64,000 bases of DNA. Origin: Candidatus Cloacimonadales bacterium. Its GTDB lineage: Bacteria > Cloacimonadota > Cloacimonadia > Cloacimonadales > JAIOQZ01. Of the stretch, positions 1-11,147 are shown in pieces (position 1 is the first letter of the stretch; the number at the start of each line of letters is the position of its first letter). Location: the NCBI GenBank assembly GCA_963665815.1, contig OY762463.1, positions 416,001 to 480,000 of the forward strand, written 5' to 3'. Position numbers and translations under genes: made by a program. Below the pieces are notes generated by a model. The model had not been told where the DNA came from. It worked only from the letters and a program-made list of their open reading frames with translations, and ran no database searches.

Positions 1-899
1 TCAAGTTCTTTCTGTCTCCAGGATGGTGAACCGGGTATGATTTTCGTAATTTTTATGTAACCGTCTTTTTCTGTTAGTGTAGCTCCAATACCTTCGAATT
101 TTCCAGTCATATCAATATCAAAGTCTTCTTTTTCCTTTGGAGGCATGTAAGTTGTATGAGGATCAACAGCATTGAGTATTGAGTTTACATAAATAGCAAA
201 GTTTTCCTCATCTGTTCTTTCATCAATTCTTCTGAAGTAGTTTTTGTAACGATTAGAAATTTTCTCTCTGGCTTCAGCTTCAATCTTACTGTCTATCTTC
301 CCGCCTTTAAGGTAATCTTCGGCACTGAGTTTTTTTGTGGAATCAGGATTATTCATTTCAATAATGTCAATATATCTGAGTGCAACCTGATATTTGAGAG
401 TCTTGCGCCACCTTTCTTTCAGATCTTCAAGTGACTTGCAGTATTCACTTTTTTCGGCATCTGACTGATATATTTCATTTTTTGAGAAATCAAAAGGTTT
501 TGAGAGAATTTCTTCGTATATACCTTTAAGATAGTTTATTCTTTTTTGATAGACTTTATTAACTTCAATGTAAAACTCGAATTTCCTGTTCAAATCTCCA
601 TTCATTAAATCATCAATTAAGTATTTATACTTTGCGAATTTATCTATATCTGACTGAATAAATGTTTTCTTGCTGTAATCCATTCTATGAAGGTATAAAT
701 GGTGTATTCTCACAGAAAGTGAATCATCAATATCATGCGGTTCATAATGGTTAGCCTTTAGTATACCCATGTTCTGAAGGTATGCCACTTTGTTTTTATC
801 ACTTACTTCAATTTTTTTAAGTGCACTTTCAGATACTGAAAATACAGTTTGAAATGCAATCAGTAATAATGCTATTGCGAATATTTTCTTGTTCTTCAT
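1..899 (-). CDS. prc: Carboxy-terminal processing (tail-specific) protease, S41 family; 3' part runs off the window
   Basis: Not in ORF track; my translation from ATG at 899: MKNKKIFAIALLLIAFQTVFS... (signal peptide), ...ERWRKTLKYQ...NSILNAVDPHTTYMPPKEKEDFDIDMTGKFEGIGATL...IIPGSPSWRQ, typical Prc/Tsp N-domain and PDZ start. Confidence 0.88.
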   Translation of the reverse strand, partial: MKNKKIFAIALLLIAFQTVFSVSESALKKIEVSDKNKVAYLQNMGILKANHYEPHDIDDSLSVRIHHLYLHRMDYSKKTFIQSDIDKFAKYKYLIDDLMNGDLNRKFEFYIEVNKVYQKRINYLKGIYEEILSKPFDFSKNEIYQSDAEKSEYCKSLEDLKERWRKTLKYQVALRYIDIIEMNNPDSTKKLSAEDYLKGGKIDSKIEAEAREKISNRYKNYFRRIDERTDEENFAIYVNSILNAVDPHTTYMPPKEKEDFDIDMTGKFEGIGATLTEKDGYIKITKIIPGSPSWRQKEL

Positions 900-912
900 C
901 GTTTGCTGTCCT

Positions 913-1557
913 TTATCTAAAAATTTTCGAATATCTTTTTTTAAGAGAATTTACAATGAAATCATGGATTTCTTCAATATTTTTTTCTGCATTTATAATT
1001 ATGCAACGATTTGATTCTGATTTTGCTACATCAAGAAATCCTTTTCTTACAGATTTATGAAAGTTGATATTTTCCTGTTCAAGTCTGTCCTTCTTTCGAG
1101 AAGCAATTCTTGACATTCCCTTTTCAACATCCATATCAAAAATGAATGTCACATCCGGTTTAATGTCAAATGCAGCAAACTTATTCAGCATTGCTATACG
1201 GGGAAGAGGTATGTCTCTTGCTGCCCCCTGATACGCAATGGTTGAATCTGTGTAGCGATCTGAAATCACGTGAATTCCATTTTCAAGATTAGGAATAATC
1301 CACTGACCTGTGTGTTGACTTCTGGAAGCCATGTATAACAATACTTCAGTTTCAGGAAGCATTGTATCATTAGAGGGATCCAGAAGCAGATGTCTGATCT
1401 TCTCGGAAATTTCCGGTCCTCCGGGTTCCCTTGTAAAAAAAGCCTTGATCCTATTTTTTTCAAACCAGTTTTTCAGAAGCTCTATCTGGGTTGATTTTCC
1501 ACAACCTTCAGTGCCTTCGAATGTTATAAAGATTCCTTTCATATTATATCCGTCCAA
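913..1557 (-). CDS. tmk: Thymidylate kinase (likely start ATG 1542)
   Basis: FITFEGTEGCGKSTQ P-loop, TREPGG, ISDRY..STIAYQG, DRLE motifs. Confidence 0.95.
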   Translation of the reverse strand: MDGYNMKGIFITFEGTEGCGKSTQIELLKNWFEKNRIKAFFTREPGGPEISEKIRHLLLDPSNDTMLPETEVLLYMASRSQHTGQWIIPNLENGIHVISDRYTDSTIAYQGAARDIPLPRIAMLNKFAAFDIKPDVTFIFDMDVEKGMSRIASRKKDRLEQENINFHKSVRKGFLDVAKSESNRCIIINAEKNIEEIHDFIVNSLKKRYSKIFR

Positions 1558-1699
1558 TTGATTTGTAAGATAGTTATTAAATCTTTCTTTTTTTGTAAAG
1601 ATTATTATAACAAATTATTAACACATAGCTATATTGAGAGCTTTTTTAATTAGAATTGCTGATGAAATTATCCAGTTAAATAGTATTTGATATTAGAGA

Positions 1700-1724
1700 A
1701 AGGGCTGATTTATGATCAGCCCTG
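1700..1724 (-). terminator. Hairpin, probable intrinsic terminator of the C25 peptidase gene
   Basis: agggctgat-ttatg-atcagccct inverted repeat just downstream of the 1760 stop; followed by TTCT on the minus strand. Confidence 0.55.
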
Positions 1725-1759
1725 AAGTACAAAGTTATCTCAGCATCACGCCTATGAAT

Positions 1760-4700
1760 TTATTTGAGAAGAATACATTTCTTAATATCCTGTTCTTTTT
1801 CCGTATTAAGTCTATAGAAATAAACTCCGGAGCATACATCATCTCCTCTGTCGTTTTTACCCTGCCAGATAACAGAATTTTTTCCTTTTGAAAGCCTTGC
1901 ATTAACAAGCGTTCTTACTTTCTGTCCCTTGATATTATAAATATCAATTCTGACATGTGAGTTTTCAGCAAGTTTGAAGTCTATTCGCGTTTCAGGATTG
2001 AATGGATTAGGGTAGTTACCGGTTAATCCTGTCTTGAATTGATTCACGTCCTCATTAGCGTTATCTACAAGAATCAGTTCAACAGTATCTGTCGGTAGAG
2101 ATTCATATCCATCTGAAACAGACACTACAAAGTACTTAAGATTCAGTTCGTCTGAATAATTCTGAGACCAGGTTGTAGTTAAGGTAGTATCTACGGGTGT
2201 GAATATCTCGTTATTCATGCTTCTGTAAATGATATACTCATCTATTTCTTCCGGAGTAGAGCATGTCCAGTTAAGAGTTAAGGATCCGGTGTTGTCAGTA
2301 AGAGAAAGATTCTCCGGGGCTACGATAGATTCCATTATGATATCAAAATTGTATATTTGATTTGCATCAAAATCATTAGCAGGGCTTGTGTAATCCTTAT
2401 AACCGGGACAACTTGCTGTGAACCAGCCACTCATCTGAGGTACAGCAAGGTAATAAGTATTATCTGAATTTACTACTCCGCTTGTAAAGAACGTTTCAAT
2501 GCTTAAATTATCTGATAACGGATCAATTCTGCTGTCGATATCTCCTTTAACAAATGCAAATCCCTGATAGTGATTAACAACGGATTTCAGATCATCAATA
2601 TAGATGGTCAAACCTCCTGAAGGAACTTCTGACTTGATTCTTACTTTCATTAACTTATCACCATAATCAACCGAACTTACAAGTTCATTTATTTCTGTAG
2701 AAGTATTCTCATTGAGTGTAAGTAAATTAAACCAGATATCATCAAAGCCTACTTGAAGCGTATGAGTACCTCCTGTAGAGGAAATATAATATTTCATTGA
2801 TAATCTTGTGCTTGAAGTATTTAAACTGTAATATCTTCCGAGTTCAAGATATGATACATATGGATATGTTTGAGAATCATGGGCAAATACAAGTTCTTCC
2901 GAGCTTCCACCGGCAAAGCTTGTGGAGTCCGAAATTCCAAATTGTCCATTTGATGCTTTTATTCCAGATAACTCATGAGAATTAAAGTCATTATAAAGCA
3001 GAATTTCTTTAGAATCAACTTTAATATTGAATTTGTAATTCCTGTTGAAGTCTTCATGAGATATCGTCATAGTACAATCAAAGATATCATTTGTCATACC
3101 GTTTTGATATTCCATAGGGAACAGAAGATACTTTAGTGCATTGCCTTCCCAGAAATATATGGTTTTACTGTTAGTACTGCTGTCAAAAATCCCACTTTCT
3201 GAATTAACTGTTACATCAACATTGTTGAAGTCGATAGGGCTATTATTGTTGATTTCAAAGCAGCACATGAGAGAATCTCCAGTATTGAATTCTCTGTTAT
3301 TATCAAAAGTGAAGTAATACCTTTGAAGATCGAAATTACTCTTTTGCACATTTAGATCGACTACACGGATAATATTTTTATCTCCATTATGAATTGTCAG
3401 CTTCAATCTCAAAGCATTTTCTTCTAAGTTATCGTTTATATGCAGTCTTAACTTATTGAATGACATTTCTGATTCACCTGAATCAATGGCAGGAAAATTA
3501 ATCTCGTTATTGTAGACAATTACATTTTCATTAAAAACCTGCATCTTAACATACATACCATCTATGGTATTCAATGAATTATTTCTGATTTTGAGACTTA
3601 TGTTTGCATCGTATCCTGCGATTAACTCAGCTTCACCGAACTCATTGATAATATTTATAGATTCAATATTAATATCTGAATCAACAAAGGTCATGTCTAA
3701 GGTTTTAAACATTATCGCTTTGCCATCTGATAATTCTGATGCCGATGCTGGATAAGTGTTATTGAATGTATATTCCAGCCCGGATGATGCATTATAGTTT
3801 TGGATTCCCACAGTGGCATAGTTTCCATGCTGAACAATTAAATCTCCGTATTGTCCGACGTTATCATTATTGATGTCATTGTACTGAATCTTGATCTTAC
3901 TGTCTCCACTTATTGTCGGATACTCCATACAATCAAAGATGATCATCTGGAATGTCTGGTTCGAAAGAGTGTAGTCACCTTTCATGTCTTTCCATTCTAT
4001 TATGAAATACTTGTTTACATCATCATATTCATAGTAGATATTTCCTGTGTTAAGATCATCCCAGAAAGCGGCAATAATTGGTTTAGGTCCGCATATTGAA
4101 GGCAGATGCCAGTTCATGAAATCTCTGAGATCAACAGAACCGGGAGAAACCCAGCCATTACTGGATATTGTCAGTCTATCGTGTGTCGAACCGTAGAATC
4201 TGAAATTCATTGGTATGTCAACATCTATTCTGTCTCCATTATCTCCGTCATCAAACATATAGGTGTTTGTTCCGGTGTTTTCAATTTCTATCCAGTTGTA
4301 TGCCAGATCAGGGTCCGCGACTTCATCATTTTCCTCAAGACACACATACCCATATGCATCCGGCCCGGTAATTGACGATTGCGTAACATTTCCAAAGCAA
4401 ATAGTTAAAGGAATCGTCTGCTGAAAATCAATGTTAGATATCTTCAGCAGGAACTGTTCTTCTCGACCGGTATAAAAGCTGCTGTTGAAATTGGCTGAGA
4501 ACGCATCAGTTAAATTCAATGGAGTATCTAAAGACAGGCTTGCTATTGATTCCGTACTGTCTGTTAATACTATATTATCTCTTATAGGGCGCAGTGTAAG
4601 AGTAGTATTAGTAATATCCTGAGATCCTTGATTAGTAATATCCATACTTATGTAGAACTGCGTTTCAGGTATATCCATCTCTATTGCAACTGCATTCGAA

Positions 4701-7066
4701 ATTGTAATATCCGGAGCAGAAGCGTAAAGGTAGAAAGTTTCCTGCCAGGTTTCATTGTTTACTGTATCAGTATAATGTATTGTTACCGGAACTCTCATTC
4801 CGTCTGAAAGTGTGTTAATAAAATCAATATTCACATTCTGATCCGCCTGATACACCTGATTTGAGGTAAGCGAAGGTAATTGTATATAGTTATTGTTTAC
4901 CAGAACAAGAAAATCCGGAATTTCAAGCGTTACATTGATTGGGTTTGAAGCCGTATTGCTGTGGTTTTCGAATGTAAGCGATAAGTCTATTGCATCGTTC
5001 GGATGAATAATCGGAGCAGAATTACTGTTTACAAAAGAAAAATTACTCATTCTTACTCTCAAGTTATTCGAATTTATTGTCTGGGTGCTAACATCAGGAA
5101 TAAAATTGTGATACTTGCATACAAGATCAAACTCGTTTTCAAGCTCATCTTTAACAGGGATAACACATGTTCCGTTCTCTGCAGTTCCCGAAAAATATAC
5201 TGTAGAATCTGAAACAACTATTACTTCAGCATTAACCGGGTTTCCTTCATTATCTGCAACTTCAACTCTGAAAGAATTCATTCCTTCTTCAAGATTATCC
5301 GGTAGAGAAACCTGAAGCTGTTCAGGTGTTCCTGTCCATAAATGTAAAGCAGGATCTCCCATCAGGTTGTTCCAGTAGGAAAACTTGCTGACAAAATCGT
5401 GAGGATTAGTCGGGAAATTTCTCCACATTTCGAATTTTGCCTTTGCCAGAGCAATACCGGGTGAAAACTGTTTCTCCACAAATATTGTGTGATATATACC
5501 GGCATCGACAATATTGTTAAAAACTGTGTGTGTATAAGAAGTTGCCAGAGCTATTGCTGCTATAGCACCTTTTGGCGAAGTAGGGGTTCCAAGTCTGAGG
5601 AGTTCTTCCGGTCTGGATGATTCATTGCTTGCAAAATTACCTACAGCACAAGTGAGGAATACTGCAAGAGGTAGTTTATTCGTGTTGTCAAGCTGTATGA
5701 TATCATCGACTGTCCATCCGCTCATCCCATGAAATCCCCTATAATTAAAGTATGAGACTCCGCTGTTGATTTCATGAGTCATTACATAATCAAAATTGGA
5801 TACATATTCCTCGGTGAATGAAAAATTGGGATTGTTATCCTGAATCATCTGTTTTACCTGTCTTTTAGTATCAACACATGATGGACCTGAATCATCAGGA
5901 TCTCCAACAAGCAAAACTTTATTATACCAGTCACTGTTTCCTGCAGGTAGAAGTCCGAACTCATACTTGTAAATCTTGTTTACTATAACAATCAGCTCTG
6001 AGATATTTTCAAATGACAATCTTCCTACAAAAGCATCTGCCAGAATATCGTTCCCATCAAGCAGAGAATAATAATGATCACCCTCTCCGGTTGCATACCT
6101 TTCCGTTGGAATATCATAAGCTGTTCCTAAGGCATCTCCGGCAAGACATATAAACTCCGGTGGATTCTCCCAGTTATTATATGCGTCTAATAAATATGTT
6201 TTTATGTTCGATTTAGTTGCTTCTGCGTCAGAGAATTCTGCAATTTTTACATCAAATCCAAGATGTGTTTTAATGTTTGCATATTCATTCATCAAATCAC
6301 GAATGTCATTGTTTTCTCTATGGATTACAAGGATTGAAGGCCTTTGAAAATCTCCCGATTCCAGATTATTGTAGTTTAACAATGTTGTAGAAAAAAGCTT
6401 ATCAAATACTCTTGATTTTTTAATTACAGCATTTACAGGATTTGTAGTCAGGGAATTGTCCATGGACAGTGTAATTTCTGCTTTTTTAATAATTTGCAAC
6501 TGTCTGTCACCAGGATTATACCTGAATGGATTGACCGTAATTGCACTTACTCTCTGGTTGCGAATTACTCCCGGTTCGGATGCAGTACAGGATTTTGACG
6601 GATACAGGATATTTTTGCTGTATAATCCGGAATCAATAATAAATTCTGAAGATTTTGGCTTGCTCTCTGACTGTAACTCCTGCTGTGGATACAGATCAAT
6701 ATTGTCGATTATCTCAGATTCGATAATCTTAAGGCTGACAATTGGATTTCCTTTGTCCGGTAAAGCAATGATTGTGCTGACAGTTGGAATTTCAGGTTTC
6801 CCAAAATCTACAATGAAGCCTTTGGTTGCATGTTCAATTCGTTTATAAGTAATTCCTTTTACATTAATATCTGAAAGTGAATATTCACCCAGATTAAAAA
6901 TAATCTCCTCATTGCCCAGACTGCCCGATTTAATCTCGAAATTAGTTTCTGATGCAGCTATATTAAGCATTACAGATAACATTAAAATTATACCAACTAA
7001 CTTGTACACTTTATCCTCCTTAATAGCGAAAATTATGCAAGATATGTTCCAAAACGAATCGAACAT
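1760..7066 (-). CDS. Secreted gingipain-like C25 peptidase with propeptide, Ig-like modules and C-terminal FlgD-Ig/sorting domain (likely start GTG 7009)
   Basis: GKPEIP propeptide, LAGD, D..Y..LDGND..AD..VGRL, NYRGFHG...TCAVGNF catalytic region, NLMGDP, TGPDAYGY, AAFWDDL, C-terminal NYPNPFNPET...IYNIKGQ...SGVYFY; AGGAGG RBS upstream of GTG 7009. Confidence 0.85.
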   Translation of the reverse strand: MFDSFWNISCIIFAIKEDKVYKLVGIILMLSVMLNIAASETNFEIKSGSLGNEEIIFNLGEYSLSDINVKGITYKRIEHATKGFIVDFGKPEIPTVSTIIALPDKGNPIVSLKIIESEIIDNIDLYPQQELQSESKPKSSEFIIDSGLYSKNILYPSKSCTASEPGVIRNQRVSAITVNPFRYNPGDRQLQIIKKAEITLSMDNSLTTNPVNAVIKKSRVFDKLFSTTLLNYNNLESGDFQRPSILVIHRENNDIRDLMNEYANIKTHLGFDVKIAEFSDAEATKSNIKTYLLDAYNNWENPPEFICLAGDALGTAYDIPTERYATGEGDHYYSLLDGNDILADAFVGRLSFENISELIVIVNKIYKYEFGLLPAGNSDWYNKVLLVGDPDDSGPSCVDTKRQVKQMIQDNNPNFSFTEEYVSNFDYVMTHEINSGVSYFNYRGFHGMSGWTVDDIIQLDNTNKLPLAVFLTCAVGNFASNESSRPEELLRLGTPTSPKGAIAAIALATSYTHTVFNNIVDAGIYHTIFVEKQFSPGIALAKAKFEMWRNFPTNPHDFVSKFSYWNNLMGDPALHLWTGTPEQLQVSLPDNLEEGMNSFRVEVADNEGNPVNAEVIVVSDSTVYFSGTAENGTCVIPVKDELENEFDLVCKYHNFIPDVSTQTINSNNLRVRMSNFSFVNSNSAPIIHPNDAIDLSLTFENHSNTASNPINVTLEIPDFLVLVNNNYIQLPSLTSNQVYQADQNVNIDFINTLSDGMRVPVTIHYTDTVNNETWQETFYLYASAPDITISNAVAIEMDIPETQFYISMDITNQGSQDITNTTLTLRPIRDNIVLTDSTESIASLSLDTPLNLTDAFSANFNSSFYTGREEQFLLKISNIDFQQTIPLTICFGNVTQSSITGPDAYGYVCLEENDEVADPDLAYNWIEIENTGTNTYMFDDGDNGDRIDVDIPMNFRFYGSTHDRLTISSNGWVSPGSVDLRDFMNWHLPSICGPKPIIAAFWDDLNTGNIYYEYDDVNKYFIIEWKDMKGDYTLSNQTFQMIIFDCMEYPTISGDSKIKIQYNDINNDNVGQYGDLIVQHGNYATVGIQNYNASSGLEYTFNNTYPASASELSDGKAIMFKTLDMTFVDSDINIESINIINEFGEAELIAGYDANISLKIRNNSLNTIDGMYVKMQVFNENVIVYNNEINFPAIDSGESEMSFNKLRLHINDNLEENALRLKLTIHNGDKNIIRVVDLNVQKSNFDLQRYYFTFDNNREFNTGDSLMCCFEINNNSPIDFNNVDVTVNSESGIFDSSTNSKTIYFWEGNALKYLLFPMEYQNGMTNDIFDCTMTISHEDFNRNYKFNIKVDSKEILLYNDFNSHELSGIKASNGQFGISDSTSFAGGSSEELVFAHDSQTYPYVSYLELGRYYSLNTSSTRLSMKYYISSTGGTHTLQVGFDDIWFNLLTLNENTSTEINELVSSVDYGDKLMKVRIKSEVPSGGLTIYIDDLKSVVNHYQGFAFVKGDIDSRIDPLSDNLSIETFFTSGVVNSDNTYYLAVPQMSGWFTASCPGYKDYTSPANDFDANQIYNFDIIMESIVAPENLSLTDNTGSLTLNWTCSTPEEIDEYIIYRSMNNEIFTPVDTTLTTTWSQNYSDELNLKYFVVSVSDGYESLPTDTVELILVDNANEDVNQFKTGLTGNYPNPFNPETRIDFKLAENSHVRIDIYNIKGQKVRTLVNARLSKGKNSVIWQGKNDRGDDVCSGVYFYRLNTEKEQDIKKCILLK

Positions 7067-7170
7067 TAAATATTAATAAAAAGGACTTCATGAAGCATAA
7101 AGTCCTGATTTATATTGCTTGTTACTTTTTCTTAGCTATGTTCAACAATACTGACAAAAGTCATTTTACA

Positions 7171-9102
7171 CTATTTCAACAACATACACTTTCTGAGCTT
7201 CTTTGATTTCCCATTAACCTTGAAGTTATAGAAGTATACTCCTGAAGCTACAGGATCGTTATTCTCGTTATCTCCATTCCAGACAATTACATGAAGACCT
7301 CTTGGGGTTAATCCTTCATCAATAGTTTTGACTTTCTGTCCTTTTACATTATAGATTTCAAGTGTTATCCGGGCAGGATCAGCGAGAGAATACTCAATTG
7401 ATGTGGTTGGATTAAACGGATTCGGGTAATTTCCGGATACTTCCAGGATTTCCGGTACTGAGAACCCAAAATCAGCATATTCATCTTCTCCTGAAATCGG
7501 ATTTACTGTTGTAGGAGGATTATTAACGAGATATGGATATCCGTTGTTGATATCCGGATTAATGTTCCAGATATCTTCATCAAGGGTATCATCAAAAGGA
7601 TTATATACAAAATCGAAAGGAGTGTCCAGAAAATCATTGCTGAGGTCAGTGTATGTGGAAATATTTGTCATTTGAGAATGGGTTAGTCCCAAATTATCTA
7701 TATCGGAATTATGTCTATACAAAAATGAAAATACATTGGACGAATCATTATCCCAGAAGATATTACTCACTACAGAATTGTCAATATCATCATAATAAAT
7801 AAAGATACAACTGCCTGTTTCCAATGAATCAAATCTTCCTGAAAATATGAAATTCCTGATGTGGGAATTACTATACTGAGTAGCTAATGCTGCGGCAACT
7901 GTATTAATATTAATTGTAGCTTTGACATATGAATTTTGTATTGTATCATTTAATGTTGAATTGATTAACCCTACACTGATCAATGAAGCGGAGAGTTTTC
8001 CGGAAGAATAACATTCACTGATAGTGGTTTCGCATGTTACATCAATCAATCCTGAAGTACGAATGGAGAATATCGAATCATTTCGGATACCTAAATCTCC
8101 CATTGTTGAGCAATTTGAAATTAATGACTCTGATGCATAATTTATCAATCCGGTAGTAATCTGTCCAGCAACGTTTCCTCTATTATGGTTCTTTAAAAAT
8201 TTAGTATTTGTACATACCATTGCTATGCCGGATGCATTGCCGTCAGATATAGTAATACTGTTAGAAACACAGTTTTCGATTTTTGATAAATAATATAATC
8301 CTGAGTAATAGTGCGATGACCATGAATCTAAAGCAATTCCTGCTGCTTGTTCTTCTCCGTAAATGAAACCGTTAGAAAAACAGTGTTTTATTGTGGATTC
8401 AAAGGAATTGTTTACAATTCCTGCTGCATGTTTAGCATCAATCTTACCCTTAAATGTACATCTTAAGATATATGATAATTCGATACTGTTGCATATTCCT
8501 CCAGCGGATCTTCCTGCACTGATTGATCCTTCAAATGTGCATTCTTCAAACCGTAAACCTCGATTCTTCAAACAGATGCCGCCGGCATCTTCTTCAGCAA
8601 AAAGCTCTGCATCTGAATAACATTGATATATTTTTAAGGGATTTGCCTCTCCACATACTGAAGCAGAATACTTACCTCTGATTTTGGCGTCTCTCATAAT
8701 AATATTTCTTATTGTACTGCCTTGGCAGTATTTAAACAATGCAGCGATTTCCAAAGGTCTGTTTATGTACAGATTAGATATATAATAGTTCTGCCCATTG
8801 TAACTTCCGGTAAAGGGATTTTCCTCTGTACCGACAGGTCTGAATCCTACTGTCGAATCCGGAGTATTGGGATTATTATCATGGTCTCTCAGTTCCCAGT
8901 TGATTGTTTCAGACATGTCTATATCAGCAGTTTGAATAAAATAACAGTTCCAGACATCTTCAGTTATTGTCAGCCATTGCAGGTGATCTACACAAGATAT
9001 CTCATATGGAGCTTCCTCTGTGCCATCTCCAATTATATCGGTGCCCGATAATATAGAAATCATACTCATTACAAATAAAATATAAACAATGTTTCTTCTC
9101 AT
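7171..9102 (-). CDS. Secreted GLUG/beta-helix-like protein with C-terminal FlgD-Ig/sorting domain
   Basis: Signal peptide; GDGTEEAPYEI...QTADIDM...F.G.YNGQNY.I.NL; repeated AGGI units; INNGYPYL; NYPNPFNPTT C-domain; GGAGG RBS. Confidence 0.75.
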   Translation of the reverse strand: MRRNIVYILFVMSMISILSGTDIIGDGTEEAPYEISCVDHLQWLTITEDVWNCYFIQTADIDMSETINWELRDHDNNPNTPDSTVGFRPVGTEENPFTGSYNGQNYYISNLYINRPLEIAALFKYCQGSTIRNIIMRDAKIRGKYSASVCGEANPLKIYQCYSDAELFAEEDAGGICLKNRGLRFEECTFEGSISAGRSAGGICNSIELSYILRCTFKGKIDAKHAAGIVNNSFESTIKHCFSNGFIYGEEQAAGIALDSWSSHYYSGLYYLSKIENCVSNSITISDGNASGIAMVCTNTKFLKNHNRGNVAGQITTGLINYASESLISNCSTMGDLGIRNDSIFSIRTSGLIDVTCETTISECYSSGKLSASLISVGLINSTLNDTIQNSYVKATININTVAAALATQYSNSHIRNFIFSGRFDSLETGSCIFIYYDDIDNSVVSNIFWDNDSSNVFSFLYRHNSDIDNLGLTHSQMTNISTYTDLSNDFLDTPFDFVYNPFDDTLDEDIWNINPDINNGYPYLVNNPPTTVNPISGEDEYADFGFSVPEILEVSGNYPNPFNPTTSIEYSLADPARITLEIYNVKGQKVKTIDEGLTPRGLHVIVWNGDNENNDPVASGVYFYNFKVNGKSKKLRKCMLLK

Positions 9103-9284
9103 AGTTCCTCCAAATTTATGTCTTCATTCAGATGAAATTGTTGTCAAATGATATTTTCATCTTAAGCAAAGAAAATATTGAGCATGATATTGAATTTTAC
9201 TACGAAAAACAGTGCCGAGGAATAATTGATTTGACATTTTCTTCTGTGCATCAAAAATCATATAAATACTCTAATTGGAGGATA

Positions 9285-9515
9285 ATGTTGCAAACAGAGA
9301 TTATTGTGCTTATACTATCAATTATATTTATATTTGGTTTTCGATATTTTTTCTATAGGAGAGTATCAATTATCTTCCCAATAGCTTTTTTTGCTTTGGA
9401 AGTTCTGGCTTATATTCTTCTTAAGAATATGGGACAGGTTTATTACATATTTGTTATAACTATAGCTTTTGTATCTGCAAAACCGATTTTTTCATCAATA
9501 AGAAATAGAAAATAA
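9285..9515 (+). CDS. Small membrane protein (ORF track extends to 9132)
   Basis: GGAGG RBS directly before ATG 9285; three hydrophobic segments. Confidence 0.6.
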   Translation: MLQTEIIVLILSIIFIFGFRYFFYRRVSIIFPIAFFALEVLAYILLKNMGQVYYIFVITIAFVSAKPIFSSIRNRK

Positions 9516-9531
9516 ATTCAAGGAGACAAAA

Positions 9532-10353
9532 ATGGTCGATTGGCAAAGCCTTTATAATAAAGGTATGGAAATGTTGGTTCAGTATGCCCCCAAAGTTCTT
9601 TTAGGGATTATTACCCTTATATTAGGGTTCTGGATTGTTAAAATTGTGGTAAAACTTACAAAAAAAGCAATGATCAAAGCAAAAGTAGAAGAATCTCTGG
9701 TGGATTTCATCTCGAACCTGGTTGGAATTCTTCTTAAGGTTATGGTTATTATCAGTGTAGCATCAATGCTTGGCGTGAAGATGACCTCTTTCATAGCAAT
9801 ACTTAGTGCTATGGCATTGGCTGTTGGTCTTGCTCTTCAGGGATCTTTAAGCAACTTCTCTGGTGGAGTACTGATTATCATACTTAAACCTTTCAAGCTT
9901 GGCGATTTCATCGAAGCTCAGGGATTTACGGGTATTGTTACATCAATTCAGATTTTCCATACAATCCTCAGAACACCTGATAATAAGACTATCATTATCC
10001 CTAACGGTCCTCTTTCCAATGGTAACATTATGAATTTCACAATGGAAGATAAACGTCGTGTTGATATTACATTCGGTATCGGCTATGATGATGATTTCAG
10101 AAAAGCAAAAGACATTATCATGGATGTAGTTAATAATCACGAAAAAGTTATTAAAGACCCTGCTCCATTTGCCAGAGTCGGTGAACTTGGAGACAGCTCT
10201 GTGAATATTAAAATGAGAATCTGGGCTAAAACTGCTGATTACTGGGATGTATATTTTGATGTAATGGAAACTGTGAAGCTGAAATTTGATGAAAACGATA
10301 TTACTATTCCATATCCTCAGAGAGATGTTCATATTTTCAATCAGAACCAATAA
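9532..10353 (+). CDS. mscS: Small-conductance mechanosensitive channel
   Basis: LAVGLALQGSLSNFSGGVLIIILKPFKLGDFI, IIIPNG, RRVDI, IPYPQRDVH. Confidence 0.93.
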   Translation: MVDWQSLYNKGMEMLVQYAPKVLLGIITLILGFWIVKIVVKLTKKAMIKAKVEESLVDFISNLVGILLKVMVIISVASMLGVKMTSFIAILSAMALAVGLALQGSLSNFSGGVLIIILKPFKLGDFIEAQGFTGIVTSIQIFHTILRTPDNKTIIIPNGPLSNGNIMNFTMEDKRRVDITFGIGYDDDFRKAKDIIMDVVNNHEKVIKDPAPFARVGELGDSSVNIKMRIWAKTADYWDVYFDVMETVKLKFDENDITIPYPQRDVHIFNQNQ

Positions 10354-10373
10354 ACTGTTATTTAGGAGAAATA

Positions 10374-11126
10374 ATGGCTGACGTAATAGATTATAAGATT
10401 TTTGGAAGCGAAATGCAGCTTGTCGAAATTGAACTTGATCCTGGAGAAGCTGTCAGAGCCGAAGCAGGTGCTATGATGTACATGGATAATTATATCGAAA
10501 TGCAGACCGGTGTTGACGGCGGAGTCTGGAAAGGTTTCAAAAGAATGTTTACAGGTGAGAGTTTCTTCATCACTACATTCTACAATCAGGGAAATACAAA
10601 ACAGAGCGTTGCATTTTCAGCACCTTATCCCGGAAAGATTATTCCGCTTGATTTATCCCGATATCATAATGAGTTTATCTGCCAGAAAGATTCGTTTCTC
10701 TGTGCTGCTAATGGGGTAGACCTTGACATAGCTTTCACCAGAAGACTGGGTGCCGGATTCTTTGGTGGAGAAGGATTTATCCTCCAGCGTCTGACAGGTA
10801 ACGGACTGGCTTTTATCCATGCCGGAGGTACAATCGTAGAACGAGAGTTAATGCCCGGTGAAACATTAAGGGTTGACACAGGATGCATTGTAGGTTTTGA
10901 GGCTTCAGTAAACTATGATATAAAATTCGTCAAAGGAATAACCAATGCACTCTTTGGCGGGGAAGGTCTGTTTTACGCTACTTTGTCCGGACCGGGAAAA
11001 GTATTCTTACAGAGCTTACCATTCTCAAGGCTTGCAGACAGAGTTATGGTTGCTGCTTCCGGCAGAAACAAAGGCGAACAAAAAGGTCTTGGCGGCTTAC
11101 TCGGTGATTTTATCAGCGGGGACTAA
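10374..11126 (+). CDS. TIGR00266/AIM24 family protein
   Basis: Q.VEIELDPGEAV.AEAGAMMYM, TGESFF, GFFGGEGFILQRL, VDTGC, GPGKVFLQSLPFSRLA. Confidence 0.9.
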   Translation: MADVIDYKIFGSEMQLVEIELDPGEAVRAEAGAMMYMDNYIEMQTGVDGGVWKGFKRMFTGESFFITTFYNQGNTKQSVAFSAPYPGKIIPLDLSRYHNEFICQKDSFLCAANGVDLDIAFTRRLGAGFFGGEGFILQRLTGNGLAFIHAGGTIVERELMPGETLRVDTGCIVGFEASVNYDIKFVKGITNALFGGEGLFYATLSGPGKVFLQSLPFSRLADRVMVAASGRNKGEQKGLGGLLGDFISGD

Positions 11127-11147
11127 GCGAAAAAATAAGGAGCTTTA

